Assembly (NCBI GenBank): GCA_010909165.1
Contig: MU008164.1
Span: forward strand, 744,001 to 808,000
Length of the DNA: 64,000 nucleotides
Direction: 5' to 3'
DNA from: Anthoceros angustus
Taxonomy: Eukaryota > Plantae > Anthocerotophyta
Position 1 is the stretch's first letter, and every line of letters begins with the position of its first letter. This document shows, one piece after another, positions 1 through 13,400 of the stretch. The translations under genes and the position numbers were made by a program. Under the pieces are notes generated by a model that was given only the letters and a program-made list of their open reading frames with translations, was not told where the DNA came from and made no database searches.

Positions 1-1456
1 ACCTATCAAAAGATCTCATGTATTTTATGCCTGCAGGATATCTTGTTGGTTGGAGACTTGATTAATACCAAAATGCATAAATACTCGAATTTTATTGATA
101 TTTGTTTAGGGAGGGCAAATTACAGGCAATGAACTCGGAAATCTAGGCGGAGATGTAGGTTCACTTTTTTGAGAATATTACCATTCATATTAATTTTAAA
201 ATTGAAATGAATGGTAATATTCGTTACAACGCACTTGTAGCAACGGGCACAACGTAATTTACAATGCTACTTGGTCAAGTAACTCAGTCGGGGTGATCTT
301 GATTAATACACTTTGTTACCCTAACTCGGGTTTATTAATTGTAGTTTAATGCTAGTTACTTAACCTTGGGTTACAGGAACCCATGGTTACCTTAACGAGG
401 TAAATCTTCCTAAAACCCGATGTTAAATCAGTTGCATGGCTTTGTTGTAACTTAAAACCCTAAACCCCGACCTACCGACGCACACGATGACATGGCAAGA
501 TGACATGGCATGCACAATGACGTGATATGTTAGCATGTTCCAAACCTATCACCGAACCTTATTCACAATGGCATTTCTCTTTACAACCAAAGGGTAATTC
601 AGCTTTAATTAATTAAAATTAGTAAAAGTTGAAAATCTAGAAATTATTATACCTAAACGCCAATATGTAAAAATTTACAAATTTAAGATGCGAAAACAAA
701 GAAACGAGAGTTTATGTGGAAAATTAGGGCCTATTTAGGGGATGTCTATACTTATCTATTAATTCTATATAGATACCTATGTATTCTAATCAATGGTAAA
801 ATTTGATAAAATTGTTTTTCATAAATTTTGAAATTTTAAAAAATATAAATATTTATGTTGAACCTTTGGTTGTAAAGAGAAATGCCTATTGTGAATAAGG
901 TTCGGTGATAGGTTTGGAACATGCTAACATATCACGTCATTGTGCATGCCATGTCATCTTGCCATGTCATCGTGTGCGTCGGTAGGTCGGGGTTTAGGGT
1001 TTTAAGTTACAACAAAGCCATGCAACTGATTTAACATCGGGTTTTAGGAAGATTTACCTCGTTAAGGTAACCATGGGTTCCTGTAACCCAAGGTTAAGTA
1101 ACTAGCATTAAACTACAATTAATAAACCCGAGTTAGGGTAACAAAGTGTATTAATCAAGATCACCCCGACTGAGTTACTTGACCAAGTAGCATTGTAAAT
1201 TACGTTGTGCCCGTTGCTACAAGTGCGTTGTAACGAATATTACCATTCATTTCAATTTTAAAATTAATATGAATGGTAATATTCTCAAAAAAGTGAACCT
1301 ACATCTCCGCCTAGATTTCCGAGTTCATTGCCTGTAATTTGCCCTCCCTAAACAAATATCAATAAAATTCGAGTATTTATGCATTTTGGTATTAATCAAG
1401 TCTCCAACCAACAAGATATCCTGCAGGCATAAAATACATGAGATCTTTTGATAGGT
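1..1456. repeat. Fold-back inverted repeat (arms ~1-593 and ~863-1456); both arms are copies of ~24156-24774
   Basis: ACCTATCAAAAGATCT at 1 is the reverse complement of AGATCTTTTGATAGGT at 1441-1456. 594-1475 is the reverse complement of ~24137-25052. The switch occurs at the shared CCAAAGG. Confidence 0.9.
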
Positions 1457-1959
1457 CTTTCAAATGTCATACGAGTGGGCGAGGACGCTGATCCTCAGGC
1501 ACCCTAAACCTCTCCTGTGGGAAACGCAGAAACAGAGTCGATTGAGGAAGCCAGAGTATGGACAAGACGTTGTTGTGGGTGCTAGAATTGGTCGAAAAGG
1601 ATGTGGTGACTGATGTACGTCACCGCGTGAACCACGTAATCGCGTGTGTACTACGTTACCGCGTGAAATGAAGGACAGATGACCCGACGCATGCTTGGTG
1701 GGAGGACCCTGCTATGGAATGCTGTCCTGAAGGAGAGGCCGAGTGAGTCAGTCAGTCAGTCCACTTTGGGATTTCCCCAAAGAATGTGATAGCTCTTGTA
1801 CGACAGTGTTCAGTCCGTCCGCGGTTTTCTTGCCTCTGTGGCAGAAAGTCACACAACCAGCATAGCAAACCTTTAGAAAATATTAAATGGGGCAGTTGCG
1901 CAAGCACCCTGCGTATCAAATGGGGCAAGTGCGCATCTTGCGGCTGTTAGTGATTTATT

Positions 1960-4915
1960 ACAACATATCAAAATTATTCCCTTAGGCCTAGCATCTTGCT
2001 AAACCTAGCATGTTTTTCTAAAGTCAAGGCTTTGGTCAAAATATCACGGCATGTCTCCGTTGGACAATACTCTAGCTTTACCTCTTTTGACTTTACCTTC
2101 TCTCTTATAAAGTGATGTTTCACTTGATGCTTGGTTCTAGCATGAAAAGTTGCATTCTTGGCTAAGAAGATGCAACCTTGATTGTCGTTGAAGATTGTTG
2201 TTGCTTCAGCGTGTGGATCATTCAAGGGGCACGAGCGGTGTGCAGCACATGGCGCGGAAAAATGAAAACGTTATTTAGTTCATGGGAAAATCAAGCATAT
2301 ATACAAAAGTTGTGTAAGTGGTTATAACTCTTCATAAAACCACTAGCATAGAGTCAACCTAACTTTAGATGACTTAACTATTTCATTACTCCCTCTTGGT
2401 TGCAATGAACAGCTCAAGAGGAAGTATTTAAGCAATAAAATATTGTCTTAAACTTAGAACCTTGATTTGGGTTCGATAAAGCGAAAAAGAATCAAAATGA
2501 TTTGCGATTGTGGACTTGACCGCGCTCCGTGACCAGCGGTTACGCCTCTCACCACTTACGCTCCTAGCTCCTCACCACCTGCTGCGCTCTAAATCCAGAT
2601 ACAAATACCATGGCGCTCCAAATCTCCGCCTTGAGATTTGCAATCTAATCTTCGCTCCTCACTTGGTTCACTATATGGTAGGTATATGGGTTGTAAACCG
2701 CTAACCACGAGGATCCTATGGCGAAGGTTCCCAATGGCGTTGAGTGCATTCGTGGAAGGGAGTGGATACACCTCAAAGTTCTCACCTCGGCGGTGGATTC
2801 TACACTCTATGTCGAACATCCTCCTCAGACTTCGCCCAAAAAGCAATGAGCAAGCGAAGGATTACAACAAGGTATGTCGAGACACGGACACTGGTGAAAA
2901 GGCTCACCTTATGACACTCTCAAGTGTAGTGTCCTTTGAAGGAAGGTGACCAAGGAGCAATACCGGGATGCTATCTTTGAAAGCAATGCCAAAGAGGAAG
3001 AAGAGCTTGAGTACTACTATGCATATAGAATCACATCGAGGGCGGAAGGCACTCAACAAAGAAGACCAGGATCTTGATGGTGGATAAGGTCAGGCGTGAT
3101 AAGACTCCTCGAGAAAAGCAGGAAGAAAAGAAAGTATGACCCGGATGAAGGTCGCGCTTACAATGCGTGTGAGCTTCATCCACCACTTCTGCTAACCTAC
3201 CTCCCCGGCATGCTCAACTCACCTTGTTTACCTGACATTGCTGCGGTCTCTGGATGAAGCAAGAAAAGCGACCGGCTCGCAAACCAAGGCAAAAATCGGA
3301 GAGAAGGGCTATCACATAAATCTAGGAGCATCTTGCAAGGAGGAGTAGACTAGTGGGCTATCCCTTTTCCAAGCGCGGTGATATTTGGTGATCCTAGCCA
3401 CATGCTTCGGCGACAATTTTGGAAGTGCTTTTGTCGGGACATCGACAACATTCTCACATGTTGGAATATATCGAACATCTACCTCTCCTTTGTCATAAGC
3501 TTGTCTAATGAAATGATGTGTGATTTCGATATGCTTGGAGCGGGCGTGAAAAACCGGGTTCTTCGTGAGTGCTATAGCCGATTGGTTGTCACACCACAAC
3601 CTTGTAGCTCCAGCTGGCAACTGTTGAAGACCACGTAGAAAGGAACGTAACCAAATGACTTCACGGGCAGCTTGAGACAGTGCTCCGTACTTAGCTTCAG
3701 TGGATGATAGACAAATGGTCGTAAGCTTCTTGCTGACCATACCGAGCCACCCAACAGTTACAATAAGCTACTATGCTCCTTCTTGAATCATCTCCAGCCC
3801 AATCCATCGCAAAATCCAACTAGCTCCAATCCAAAGCTTGCTTGGTATACTTGAGCCTAAGCGAGGAGTTCCCTTAAGATAACGGAATATTCTCTTAAGC
3901 TGCCATGTACCTCTCCGGGTTCTCTAAAAATTGAGAAACATTGCTTCGATACATATCCAACCTTGTCCAAGATGCTAGATATAGAAGACTACCAACGCCT
4001 TTGTATGGGCGAGTGGCCATCAAGTCCTTCTCTTCCTGTGTAGTTGGGCAATGTTCCTGGGATAGCTTCTCACTTGTTGACATAGGTGTTGACACAGGGC
4101 GTGCCTCAGCCATGTTGAACTTCTGAAGTAGCTGAGTGACGAAGTGCTCCTGATGCAACTCAACTGTATGCCTATCTTGAGAAAACTGGAACTGAACACC
4201 AAGAGAAAAACAAAGTTGCCCAAGGTCGGTCATGTCAAAACGAGATAAAAGAACACTTTTGATTCTGGCCATCAACACCAAAGAAGTACTGAAAAGGAAG
4301 TTGTCGTCACATAAGCGGATATAATAAGAAAGTCATCTCCATCCCACAATATGTAGCAGACTATCAATCAAGCGGTAAAACCCAATTCTATCGTCGTGAG
4401 CATGAAACGTTTTCATTCAAGCTCAATTGTTTCAGCCATAAAGTGTCTTGAGCAATAGGCAAACTTTCTCCTCGTCTATAACAAAACCTTGGTGATGCAT
4501 GTAAATCTCTTCTTCTAATGTACCATTAAGAAATCTTTGTCTTAACGTCTAGTTGGTGAGCGTGAAGACCAAAATGGGCTGCTAGAGATAGCAATATTCT
4601 GAAGTAGACTTCACCACAGCAAATGTCTCATTATAGTCTAACCCACAACTTGGCTATATCCTTTAGCTACTAACCTAGATTTGTAGCGCCACATCGTGTT
4701 GAGTTTCTTTTTAAAAAACCCATTTACAAGCTCTTGGTTTCGACCTTGGTAAGTCTACAAGTTTCCAAGTACCATTTTCCATTAAAGAATTGTATTCAAT
4801 TTGTATGGACTCCTTCCAGTGCCTCGGGGCTGTGATGGCTTCAAGGTAACTAGTTGGCTCATAAGTGTTAAAGTTTGGAACAAGAGTTTTGGAAGCTACA
4901 GACAACAAATGGTGG
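1960..4915 (-). mobile_element. Inverted copy of the 3' part of the nested copia A/B structure (A RNase H end, B 3' LTR, B extra region, B RNase H and RT)
   Basis: Reverse complement of ~20200-23250. Minus-strand ORF pieces include NDNQGC..KNATFHARTKH, WCDNQSAIALTKNPVFHARSKHI, FDMTDLG and ENGTWKLVDLP..CKWVF. Confidence 0.9.
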
Positions 4916-7900
4916 CTTGGATTTGAAAGATTGGTGAGAGCGCGATTGTGCCAAGGGTGCATAATGGGAAAGCTTCACCAACCAAGTTCCCAAGGATTGG
5001 AGGCGCGTCGGCGGCAAAGGCGTTGGAACTTGTACACCGATGTGTGGACCAATGAAGAACCCTACCCATGGAGCCCGCTACATTCTAGTGTTTGTGGATG
5101 ACTTCACAAGGAGGAGTTGGACATACCTTTTGAAGGAGAAGTCCAGTGTTCAAGACATTCAAGGGTGGAAAGCCTTGGTGGAGAAAGTGGAGAATGCCTC
5201 AAGACTAGGAGTGACAATGGAGGAGAATACATCTCTTCTCAATTCAAAAGCTTTTGCAAGGAGCATGGCATTCGGAGGCAACTAACAATTCCTCACACAG
5301 GAGCAAAGGAGTGGTGCAAGCTAAGGAGCCTAGTGGGCGGCCGTGCATGCTCCATCAAAGTGGGTTGGAGGTACGTTTTGGGAGAGGCTTGCTACAACTC
5401 ATGTTTTGAATAGAGTTCCAACCAAAATACAGAATGACCCCAGGAGGCATGGTGCAGTGTCAAACCTAACGTGAGTCATTTTAGGATCTTTGGTTCGAGG
5501 TTTATGCTCATGTTCCAAAGCAAAACCGAACCAAGTGGGATCCTAAAGGCATCCGTGCATCATGCTTGGGTATTGATGAGGTAAAGGGTATAGATTATAC
5601 AACCCTACAACCAAGAAAATCATTTTCGAGGGATGTTGTTTTCATGAGGTTGTGGAACCTAACAAAGGAGGAGCAACGCAAGTTGTCATCAAGGAGCAAA
5701 CTCAGCGGGTAAAGTAGACTCATCGAAGATGACCTGTTGTGATGGGCGAGGTGACTGGCTGGTTGATGTGCCCGTGAAGTTGAAGAGTTGTATCCTCAAA
5801 ATCAAAACGACAATTATCTGTTATCATGACAAAATCGGTCATCATCAACACCATGGATAGTGGCGAGGCAACACATAAGAAGGTGATAACAAGTCATGTC
5901 GAAGTAAAGCATTCTCATGGAAAATCACCTGCGTGAATAAGTAACTTAGTCGGGATCAAGCGACATAACCCTTCACTTCCTCGGCATAGCCAACAAAGAT
6001 TCGACGACCAGAATTCGAGCTTTCTCGGTGAGAAGGTACAAGGGCATATCGGTGCCAAAAATCCATAAGTGAGTGATCGTGGCTTCTTGCACATCCAACG
6101 TTCATATGGTGTAATGAGCCCAAGTTCTTGGTAGGGACGATTACGCACATAAGTAGGCTGCAGCGAGCCGTAGCACAGTCGATCCGGAAAAGACAAACTA
6201 GAAAGAGTGGCCTCTTGTAAATCGATTTTTTAGTTGACAAGCGCGTGCAGGCGGTGTATATAGTAAAATGAAGAACTCCTCTGCACAAAAGTGAAAAGGC
6301 ATGACTAATGTATTCTCCACCATTGTCGACCTCAAAATCTTGAGTTTGCACATGCATCGTTGGGCCATAGTGAAATCTTGGAAACAAGTGAAAGTGTCAC
6401 TTTTTGCTATGCACAATATCGCTCCATTCGTCAATGAAGGTCGAAATATTGGGCACCCCAAAGGAGGCATGGACATGGGGCCACAAAGGTCACCTGTGTG
6501 GAAGACCGGTGCTCGGATAAGTTCGATCTCTAAATGGCTGGGAAATGGCTTTGTGAATCGCAAAAGCATGGTTATCAAATGAGAGAATGACAGGAATCTC
6601 TAAAAGCGTGTTATTCACCAACAAAGACAACAAGTTGAAGAACTTGGTGGATCAAATGAAGGCGGTCAAACCTTACGAAGAAAGGTTATCGTGGTGTTGC
6701 TAAGTAGCTTACCATCCGCATACAAGCAATTTGTTGGCCTTTAGAAACGGTAGCGATGCGTCAGCGACCAACCACCAACGTTGGATGAGGTGGTTGGGTT
6801 GCTCCTACAAGAGGAGCTGGAGAATTCCTTCAAGAAAGAAGAGAATGGAGACTTGCTCTTCTCAAAGAAGGGAACAACACGTGGGAAGACTTCACAAGCC
6901 AACTCAAGAAGGATCAAGGAGAAAGGTGCGAAGAAAAGGTGTGGGGTACTTGCCATTATTGCAAAAGCCTAATCACTATGCCAAGGATTGTAGGACAAGG
7001 TTGGTGACTTGAAGAAGAAGGGAAAGGAGTCACAAGCCAATCAAGTGAGTGAGAAGGAAGAACATCTTTTCTGTCTCAACCGTAGAAAATGACGACTCCC
7101 ATCAAAGAAGGATGAGAGTTTGTACCTCGACTGGAGCATCTCAACACTTCACCTACAATCGGCCTTGGTTCTCAAGCTATGAAGAAATGCGGGGCATAAA
7201 GTGGCGCTTGGAGACAATAGGTCACACGAGATCAAAGGAAGAGGTGTGATTAAAGTTCAACTCCACGGAGGACCATCCAAAGGTACAATCAAGGATGTAC
7301 ACCATGTGCAGGTCTTGCGAAGAATCTTCTTTCGTGCAAGAATCACGACCACAGGAATGAGATTGTGTTCAACTCGAGGATGTCGTCCATCCGAGCAACC
7401 TCACCTAATGTCAAGGTGATAGCTCGAGGTGTTCGGAAGGCAATCTCTAGTTGTGTGCTTAGGTGATCAACAAGCTTGCACATTTGTGTCAAGCTCTAAA
7501 GCACTGGGTCAATAGATTTGTGGCATCAACGCTTGGGGCACCTGGAGTGGACAACATCAAGATGATGAAGAATCAACAAATGGTGGCTTGGATTTGAAAG
7601 ATTGGTGAGAGCGCGATTGTGCCAAGGGTGCATAATGGGAAAGCTTCACCAACCAAGTTCCCAAGGATTGGAGGCGCGTCGGCGGCAAAGGCGTTGGAAC
7701 TTGTACACCGATGTGTGGACCAATGAAGAACCCTACCCATGGAGCCCGCTACATTCTAGTGTTTGTGGATGACTTCACAAGGAGGAGTTGGACATACCTT
7801 TTGAAGGAGAAGTCCAGTGTTCAAGACATTCAAGGGTGGAAAGCCTTGGTGGAGAAAGTGGAGAATGCCTCAAGACTAGGAGTGACAATGGAGGAGAATA

Positions 7901-8950
7901 CATCTCTTCTCAATTCAAAAGCTTTTGCAAGGAGCATGGCATTCGGAGGCAACTAACAATTCCTCACACAGGAGCAAAGGAGTGGTGCAAGCTAAGGAGC
8001 CTAGTGGGCGGCCGTGCATGCTCCATCAAAGTGGGTTGGAGGTACGTTTTGGGAGAGGCTTGCTACAACTCATGTTTTGAATAGAGTTCCAACCAAAATA
8101 CAGAATGACCCCAGGAGGCATGGTGCAGTGTCAAACCTAACGTGAGTCATTTTAGGATCTTTGGTTCGAGGTTTATGCTCATGTTCCAAAGCAAAACCGA
8201 ACCAAGTGGGATCCTAAAGGCATCCGTGCATCATGCTTGGGTATTGATGAGGTAAAGGGTATAGATTATACAACCCTACAACCAAGAAAATCATTTTCGA
8301 GGGATGTTGTTTTCATGAGGTTGTGGAACCTAACAAAGGAGGAGCAACGCAAGTTGTCATCAAGGAGTTGAAGGAGCGTGAAGAAGCACAAGACTTGGTT
8401 CTTGAGCAACCTACTCTTGAGCATGCTCAACTGTTCTGAGCATGAGCAACCTCTACCACAAGGTGATATAGAAGGAGAAGCTCGGATATCGAGGATGATG
8501 AAGAGGAGATCGAAGAATCCAAGAGGAGCCGGATCGAGAGATCATCAAGGCGCTTGAGAAAATTTTGGAGTCCATGAATGCATGCAAATGCGAAGAGGCT
8601 ATGTTGGCGGATCTTGATGAGCCAAAGCTTGAAGGAAGCCTTGGAAGGGCCAAAGGTGGAAAGAAGCCACGGATAGTATAACTCACTTATCAAGAACAAG
8701 ACTTGGGAAATCACTCCTCTACCCCAAGGAAGGAAGTGCATAGGATCCAAATGGGTGTTCAAGATCAAGCACAAGGGAGCATAGAGCGATACAAAGCAAG
8801 GCTGGTGGGAAGGGATATACACAAGTGCAGTATTGACTACCGACTTTCTCCCTGCTAAGATAACATCCATTCGTATACTCTTAGCAATAGCACTACCATG
8901 GATCCGGAGATACATCACATGGATGTCCAAAATTTCTCAATGGAGATTTG
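4905..8950 (+). mobile_element. Displaced copia A gag-pol fragments (zinc knuckle, protease, integrase, RT start), with an inverted copia B integrase piece at ~5700-6625
   Basis: Motifs include [34 protein letters not shown] and GASQH. 4905-5697 is a near-exact copy of ~7575-8367. The minus-strand GDLCGPM and [11 protein letters not shown] match element B. Confidence 0.85.
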
Positions 8951-9232
8951 GGGCGTGGAATAGCCCCTTGACCTTGTCCTCCACGACCACGTCACGAAAG
9001 CTCCCTGCCTCGGCCGGAAAATAGAACTCTCGAACTAAAATGTTGTTGGGAAGTCTCCTTTCCCTTATGAAAACCCTTAGTGCGCTCTTATTCAAAGCCC
9101 CTATCAGTTGGTCCGATTGTAAGGCGGGGAGCAGCTACGTGAGGATGCCGATGAGCTAATGAACTCATAAAATGGTGTAGCTCTGCGGAAGTGAAGCTAA
9201 CAGTGGTCCCACTTGTTCCTGTAGGGTTGTGC

Positions 9233-9511
9233 CCACGATGCTTTGCCGGAATTGAAGCAAAATGGCCACCTCTGTAGCATTGGAGGAAAGCTCAGGGTGC
9301 TAGTGCCTCCTTCGCTGGTGATTCCTGCAGGGTGGTGTGGCGAGCAGAACTAGTTACAGCACTAGTGCAACAGGAGGAGTGGGGAGCAAGGCCCACATGT
9401 GTAACGTGGGTGGGATTCCGATGGAATGGCTGAAGATGGGATGCTGCTCCAAAGCGGACACTGACATGCACATACAGCAGGCTGAAAAGAAGAAAGGGCA
9501 GAAACCTCCAT
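9233..9511 (-). pseudogene. 5' fragment of a paralogue of the LRR receptor-like protein gene (signal-peptide region), truncated by a junction into copia B gag
   Basis: Reverse complement is similar but not identical to ~26278-26560 (e.g. GTGGCCATTTTGCTTCAATTCCGGCAAAGCATCGTGG). It has its own upstream sequence at ~9620-10048. Confidence 0.75.
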
Positions 9512-10048
9512 CCCGCCCATACATATGAGTCACTTGCAAGGACACTCCGCGTTGGAGAGGAAACGTCGTCACATACAGTGGGCGAGGACGCTGATCCTCA
9601 GGCACCCTAAACCTCCTGTGGGAAACGCAGAAACAGAGTCGATTGAGGAAGCCAGGTATGGACAAGACGTTGTTGTGGGTGCTAGAATTGGTCGAAAAGG
9701 ATGTGGTGACTGATGTACGTCACCGCGTGAACCACGTAATCGCGTGTGTACTACGTTACCGCGTGAAATGAAGGACAGATGACCCGACGCATGCTTGGTG
9801 GGAGGACCCTGCTATGGAATGCTGTCCTGAAGGAGAGAGGCCGAGTGAGTCAGTCAGTCAGTCCACTTTGCGGGATTTCCCCAAAGAATGTGATAGCTCT
9901 TGTACGACAGTGTTCAGTCCGTCCGCGGTTTTCTTGCCTCTGTGGCAGAAAGTCACACAACCAGCATAGCAAACCTTTAGAAAATATTAAATGGGGCAGT
10001 TGCGCAAGCACCCTGCGTATCAAATGGGGCAAGTGCGCATCTTGCGGC

Positions 10049-10409
10049 TGTTAGAAGTGATTTATTACAACATATCAAAATATGTTATGAAGAGTGCCCT
10101 AAAAGCAGGTTATGAAGAGTGCCCTAAAAATAACAACTTGAAAGTCATGCATCTTCTAGAAAGTATCTTCTAGAAAGTCAAGTCAAAAGTAAAGGGCAAG
10201 GTCAAGTAACCAATAGGATTCAAGGTCAAGTGACCAGTAGGATTCAAGGCTAGGACTATATAAGGCCAAGCCCACCTACTTGTAAGGTGTGGTGTGCAAG
10301 TGTTCTTGTGTGCTTGTGTGCTAGTATCTAGTGTGCCTAGTGCATATAACCCATATTGTATGGGAGTGTTGTGTTCCCTCTCTATAAAGGCTCAGCTCTT
10401 TTCCTAACA
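10049..10409 (+). repeat. 5' LTR of copia A
   Basis: TGTTAGAAG...TTCCTAACA, directly followed by the tRNA-iMet PBS; near-identical to 23258-23629. Confidence 0.95.
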
Positions 10410-10422
10410 TGGTATCAGAGCC
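10410..10422 (+). promoter_or_regulatory. Primer-binding site (tRNA-iMet) of copia A
   Basis: TGGTATCAGAGCC immediately 3' of the LTR. Confidence 0.95.
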
Positions 10423-13400
10423 ATGTTCAAGAGCCTTGTAGAATGCTCCTTGCATTGATACTTGAGTCAAGTCCTATTGCATACTTCTAAGCCTAGAGCT
10501 TGTGAGAACTTATGTGCGATTGGAAAGGTCTTGATACTAATCTTGTAGTGCATGTGAGTGAGGTGCTTTGGTCTTCAAGATCAATTGTAGGAAAACTAGG
10601 CATGGCGTCAACAAGCATGGAGACACGTCTAGTGGAGAAGTTTGGAGGCACAAACTTCACATTGTGGAAGTTGAAGCTGAAGATGCTTCTCATGTGAGTG
10701 AGGTGCTTTGGTCTTCAAGATCAATTGTAGGAAAACTAGGCATGGCGTCAACAAGCATGGAGACACGTCTAGTGGAAGTTTGGAGGCACAAACTTCACAT
10801 TGTGGAAGTTGAAGATGCTTCTCATCGAGGACCATGGAAGTTTGTCGACAATGGCTCAAGTGGACTCCGATGGACAGTGACAATGCCCACGTGGACAGAA
10901 GAAAGATGGAGAATGGACGATTCTCCTCAATGTGTCGACATACTCTCAATTGAGTGAGTGTGCAACATCAAAAGCGGCGTGGGCGACCCTGCAACACGTA
11001 TGAGAAGAAGAGCTTGGTGAATGAGATGTTGTTGGAGCAACAATTTGCCAACTTCAAGATGGTTGGGGGTGACACCATTCAACAACACGTCAACAAGTTG
11101 AAGAACTTGGTGGATCAAATGAAGGCGGGACGTCAAACCTTGAAAGAAAGGTTATCGTGGTGTTGCTTGTAGCTTACCATCCGCATACAAGCAATTTGTG
11201 TTGGCCTTTAGAGTAGCGATGCGTCAAGCGACCAACCAACGCGTTGGATGAGGTGGTTGGGTTGCTCCTACAAGAGGAGCTGGAGAATTCCTTCAAGAAG
11301 AAGAGAATGGAGACTCGGTGCTCTTCTCAAGAAGGGAACAACACGTGGGAAGACTTCACAAGCCAACTCAAGAAGGATCAAGGAGAAAGGTGCGAAGAAA
11401 AGGTGTGGGGTGCCATTATTGCAAAAGCCTAATCACTATGCCAAGGATTGTAGGACAAGGTTGGTGACTTGAAGAAGAAGGGAAAGGAGTCACAAGCCAA
11501 TCAAGTGAGTGAGAAGGAAGAACATCTTTCGTTGTCTCAAGTAGAAAATCGACACTCCCATCAAAGAAGGATGAGAGTTTGTACTCGACTGGAGCATCTC
11601 AACACTTCACCTACAACCTTGGTTCTCTAGGATGCGAACTCAAAATTGAAATCAGGGCCTATAGCGTTCTTCACCTGTGATGGATCGATCACGATCGCTC
11701 GATGCCGAATCTAAGTCAAGTCCTATTGCATTAGCCTAGAGCTTGTGAGAACTTGTGCAATTGGAAAGGTCTTGATACTAATCTTGTAGTGCATGTGGTG
11801 AGGTGCTTTGGTCTTCAAGATCAATTGTAGGAAAACTAGGCATGGCGTCAACAAGCATGGAGACACGTCTAGTGGAAGTTTGGGCACAAACTTCACATTG
11901 TGGAAGTTGAAGCTGAAGATGCTTCTCATCATGGTGAGGTGCTTTGGTCTTCAAGATCAATTGTAGGAAAACTAGGCATGGCAACAAGCATGGAGACACG
12001 TCTAGTGGAAGTTTGGAGGCACAAACTTCACATTGTGGAAGTTGAAGCTGAAGATGCTTCTCATCGAGGACCATGGAGTTTTCGACAATGGCCTCGTCTG
12101 GACAAGTCACATTGATGGACATGGAAGTCGACAATGGCCTCATCGTGGACCAGATGACTTGGGAAATCACTCCTCTACCCCAAGGAAGGAAGTGCATAGG
12201 ATCCAAATGGGTGTTCAAGATCAAGCACAAATGGGAGCATAGAGCGATACAAAGCAAGGCTGGTGGGGAAGGGATATACACAAGTGCCGGTATTGACTAC
12301 ACACTTTCTCCCTTGCTAAGATAACATCCATTCGTATACTCTTAGCAATAGCTACCATGGATGGAGATACATCACATGGATGTCCAAACTGCTTCTCAAT
12401 GGAGATTTGGAAGAAGAGATCTACATGAACCAACGGAAGGGTATGAAGTGCCGGAAAGTGAGGTATGTAAATTGCTAAAGGCACTCTATGGTCTTAAGCA
12501 ATGCACTTACGGTATGTTAAGATTGACAAGTTCTTCCAAGCTAGAGGTTTCAAGAAAACCAATGGAGATTGGAACATCTATGTGAAGAGAGTAGAGTCCA
12601 TGATGATCATTCTTTTCTATGTGGATGACACTCTCAATTGGTGTGCAACATCAAAAGCGGCGTGGGCGACCTCTCCAGCGTATGAGAAGAAGAGCTTGGT
12701 GAATGAGATGTTGTTTTCATGAGGTTGTGGAACCTAACAAAGGAGTGGGAGCAACGCAAGTTGTCATCAAGGAGTTGAAGGAGCGTGAAGAAGCACAAGA
12801 CTTGGTTCTTGAGCAACCTACTCTTGAGCATGCTCAACTGTTCTCGAGCATGAGCAACCTCTACCACAAGGTGATATAGAAGGTGGAGAAGCCCGGATAT
12901 CGAGGATGATGAAGAGGAGCGAGATCAAGAATCCAAGAGGAGCTGGAGAATTCCTTCAAGAAGAGAATGGAGACTCGGTGCTCTTCTCAAAGAAGGGAAC
13001 AACACGTGGGAAGACTTCACAAGCCAACGAAGAAGGATCGAAGGAGAAGGTGCGAAGAAAAGGTGTGGGGTTGCCATTATTGCAAAAGCCTAATCACTAT
13101 GCCAAGGATTGTAGGACAAGGTTGGTGACTTGAAGAAGAAGGGAAAGGAGTCACAAGCCAATCAAGTGAGTGAGAAGGAAGAACATCTTTCGTTGTCTCA
13201 ACCGTAGAAAAAACTCTCCATCAAAGAAGGATGAGAGTTTGTACCTCGACTGGAGCATCTCAACACTTCACCTACAACCGGCCTTGGTTCTCAAGCTATG
13301 AAGAAATGCGGGGCATAAAGTGGCGCTTGGAGACAATAGGTCACACGAGATCAAAGGAAGAGGTGTGATTAAAGTTCAACTCCACGGAGGACCATCCAAA

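Noticed and set aside
455-470. Plant telomere-like AAACCCTAAACCC
   Set aside because: Fewer than two units, within repeated TE-like sequence; not an array.
1-1456. Long hairpin as a miRNA/siRNA precursor or foldback transposon
   Set aside because: Both arms and the loop derive from the linear sequence at 24.1-25.1 kb through a 7-bp microhomology switch, so a chimera explains it better.
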